In this document: piece by piece, positions 62,351 to 64,000 of the stretch | Layout: each line of letters begins with the position of its first letter | Position numbering within the stretch: position 1 is the first letter of the stretch | Assembly (NCBI RefSeq): GCF_963921235.1 | Contig: NC_086100.1 | Span: 199,580,001 to 199,644,000, forward strand | DNA from: Mobula hypostoma | Lineage: Eukaryota | Length of the DNA stretch: 64,000 nt | Direction: 5' to 3' | Notes under the pieces: generated by a model | What the model saw: only the letters and a program-made list of their open reading frames with translations | Databases searched by the model: none | Told to the model about the DNA's origin: nothing | Translations under genes and position numbers: made by a program

Positions 62351-62973
62351 ATCAGAATCAGAATCAGGTTTATTATCACCGGAATGTGACATGAAATTTG
62401 TTAACTGAGCAGCAGCAGTTCATTGCAAAACATAATATAGAAGAGAAAAAAAACAAAGTAAATCAATTACAGTTTACGTATATTGAATAGATTTTTTAAA
62501 AAAACATGCAAAAACAGAAATACTGTATATTAAAAAAGTGAGGTCGTGTCCAAAGATTCAATGTCCATTTAGGAATCGGATGGCAGAGGGGAAGAAGCTG
62601 TTCCTGAATCGCTGAGTGTGTGTCTTCAGGGTTCTGTATCTCCTACCTGATGGTAACAGTGAGAAAAGGGCATGGCCTGGGTGCTGGAGGTCCTTAATAA
62701 TGGACGCTGCCTTTGTGAGACACTGCTTCGTAAAGATGTCCTGGGTACTTTGTAGGCTAGTAGCCAAGATGGAGCTGTCCAGATTTACAACCCTCTGCAG
62801 CTTCTTTCGGTCCTGTGCAGTAGACCCCCCCCCCAACCATACCATACCGGGTGCAGCCTGTCAGATGCTCTCCACGATACATCATTAAAAGTTTTTGAAT
62901 CTATTTGTTGACATGCAAAATCTCTTCAAACTCCTAATGAAGTATAGCCACTGTCTTGCCTTCTTTATAACTA
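62351..62973 (-). mobile_element. Duplicated 3' part of the Rex1-like LINE
   Basis: Near-identical to 57594-58216. Confidence 0.92.
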
Positions 62974-64000
62974 CAAACCCCATTTCCAGAAAAGTTCGGA
63001 TATTTTCCAAAATGCAATAAAAACAAAAGTCTGTGATATGTTAATTCACATGAACCTTTATTTAACTGACAAAAGTACAAAGAAAAGATTTTCAATAGTT
63101 TTACTGACCAACTTAATTGTATTTTGTAAACATACACAAATTTAGAATGTGATGGCTGCAACACCCTCAACAAAAGTTGGGACAGAGTTAAAATAAGATT
63201 GAAAAGTGCACAGAATATTCAAGTAACACCGGTTTGGAAGAGTTCACATTAAGCAGGTTAATTGGTAGCAGGTGAGGTATCATGACTGGGTATAAAAGTA
63301 GCGTCCATCAAAGGCTCAGTCTTTGCAAGCAAGGATGGGTCGTGGCTCACCCCCTTGTGCCAAAATTTGCGAGAGAATTGTTAGTCAGTTCAAAAGGAAC
63401 ATTTCTTAACGCAAGATTGCAGAGAATTTAGGTCTTTCAACAACTACAATACATAATATTGTGAAAAGATTCAGAGAATTCAGAGACATCTCAGTGCGTA
63501 AAGGGCAAGGTCGGAAATCACTGTTGAATGCGCGTGATCTTCGAGCCCTCAGGTGGCACTGCCTAAGAAACCATCATGCTACTGTGACAATTATAGCCAC
63601 CTGGGCTCGGGAGTACTTCGGAAAACCACTGTCACTCAACACAGTCCGTCGCTGCATCCAGAAATGCAACTTGAAACTGTATTACGCAAGGAGGAAGCCA
63701 TACATCAACTCTATGCAGAAATGCCGGCGAGTTCTCTGGGCCCGAGCTCATCTCAGGTGGACCGAAAGACTGTGGAACCGTGTGCTGTGGTCAGATGAGC
63801 CCACATTTCAGCTAGTTTTCGGAAAAAAGGGGCGTCGAGTTCTCCGTGCCAAAGATGAAAACGACCATCCAGATTGTTACCAGCAAAAGGTGCAAAAGCC
63901 AGCATCTGTGATGGTATGGGGGTGCATCAGTGCCCACGGCATTGGTGAGTTGCATGTATGTGAAGGTACCATTGACTCTGAGGCGTATATTAGGATTTTA
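62974..64000 (+). mobile_element. Tc1-family transposon running off the window end; transposase from 63335 with one premature stop (63407-63409)
   Basis: Inserted after TA (62972-62973) with ITR caaaccccatttccagaaaagtt. Translation: MGRGSP...NIS*RKIAENLGLS...GRK...VLWSDE...VMVWGCISAHG. Confidence 0.93.

Larger units (their letters stand above)
55575..62973. repeat. Tandem segmental duplication, ~5 kb unit (copy 1 ~55575-60662; copy 2 from 60663, interrupted by Tc1 at 62974)
   Basis: 56935-58216 matches 61700-62973 at an offset of about 4757, and 56260-56570 matches 61055-61365. Confidence 0.92.

Overview
Eukaryotic genomic DNA made mostly of retroelement remains. The repeat mix (CR1, Rex1/Babar-like LINEs, Penelope-like elements, V-SINE-like SINEs, Tc1) suggests a cartilaginous fish; this is an inference, not an identification. 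The only clearly recognisable host gene is an apolipoprotein L (ApoL)-family gene on the minus strand, with its main exon at 36155-37091/37108. I can chain four small upstream candidate exons in frame to it, and the two most 5' ones lie in a ~5 kb tandem duplication (~55575-60662 and 60663 onward). The largest mobile element is a complete but decayed Ty3/Gypsy provirus (4113-11334) with a PNMA-like gag and TAGA target duplication. Others are two solo LTRs, a full-length CR1 (~23830-28152), a near full-length Rex1-like LINE (57594-60660), a HERO-like RLE fragment and two Tc1 copies. Penelope-like ends carry decayed minimal hammerhead ribozymes, and two TSD-flanked non-autonomous retroelements have structured 5' ends. 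There is also a nearly G-free pyrimidine-rich tract and an unexplained ~101-bp CpG-rich array. No prokaryotic systems, CRISPR arrays, rRNA or tRNA genes were seen. All family calls come from motif recognition by eye, with no database search.
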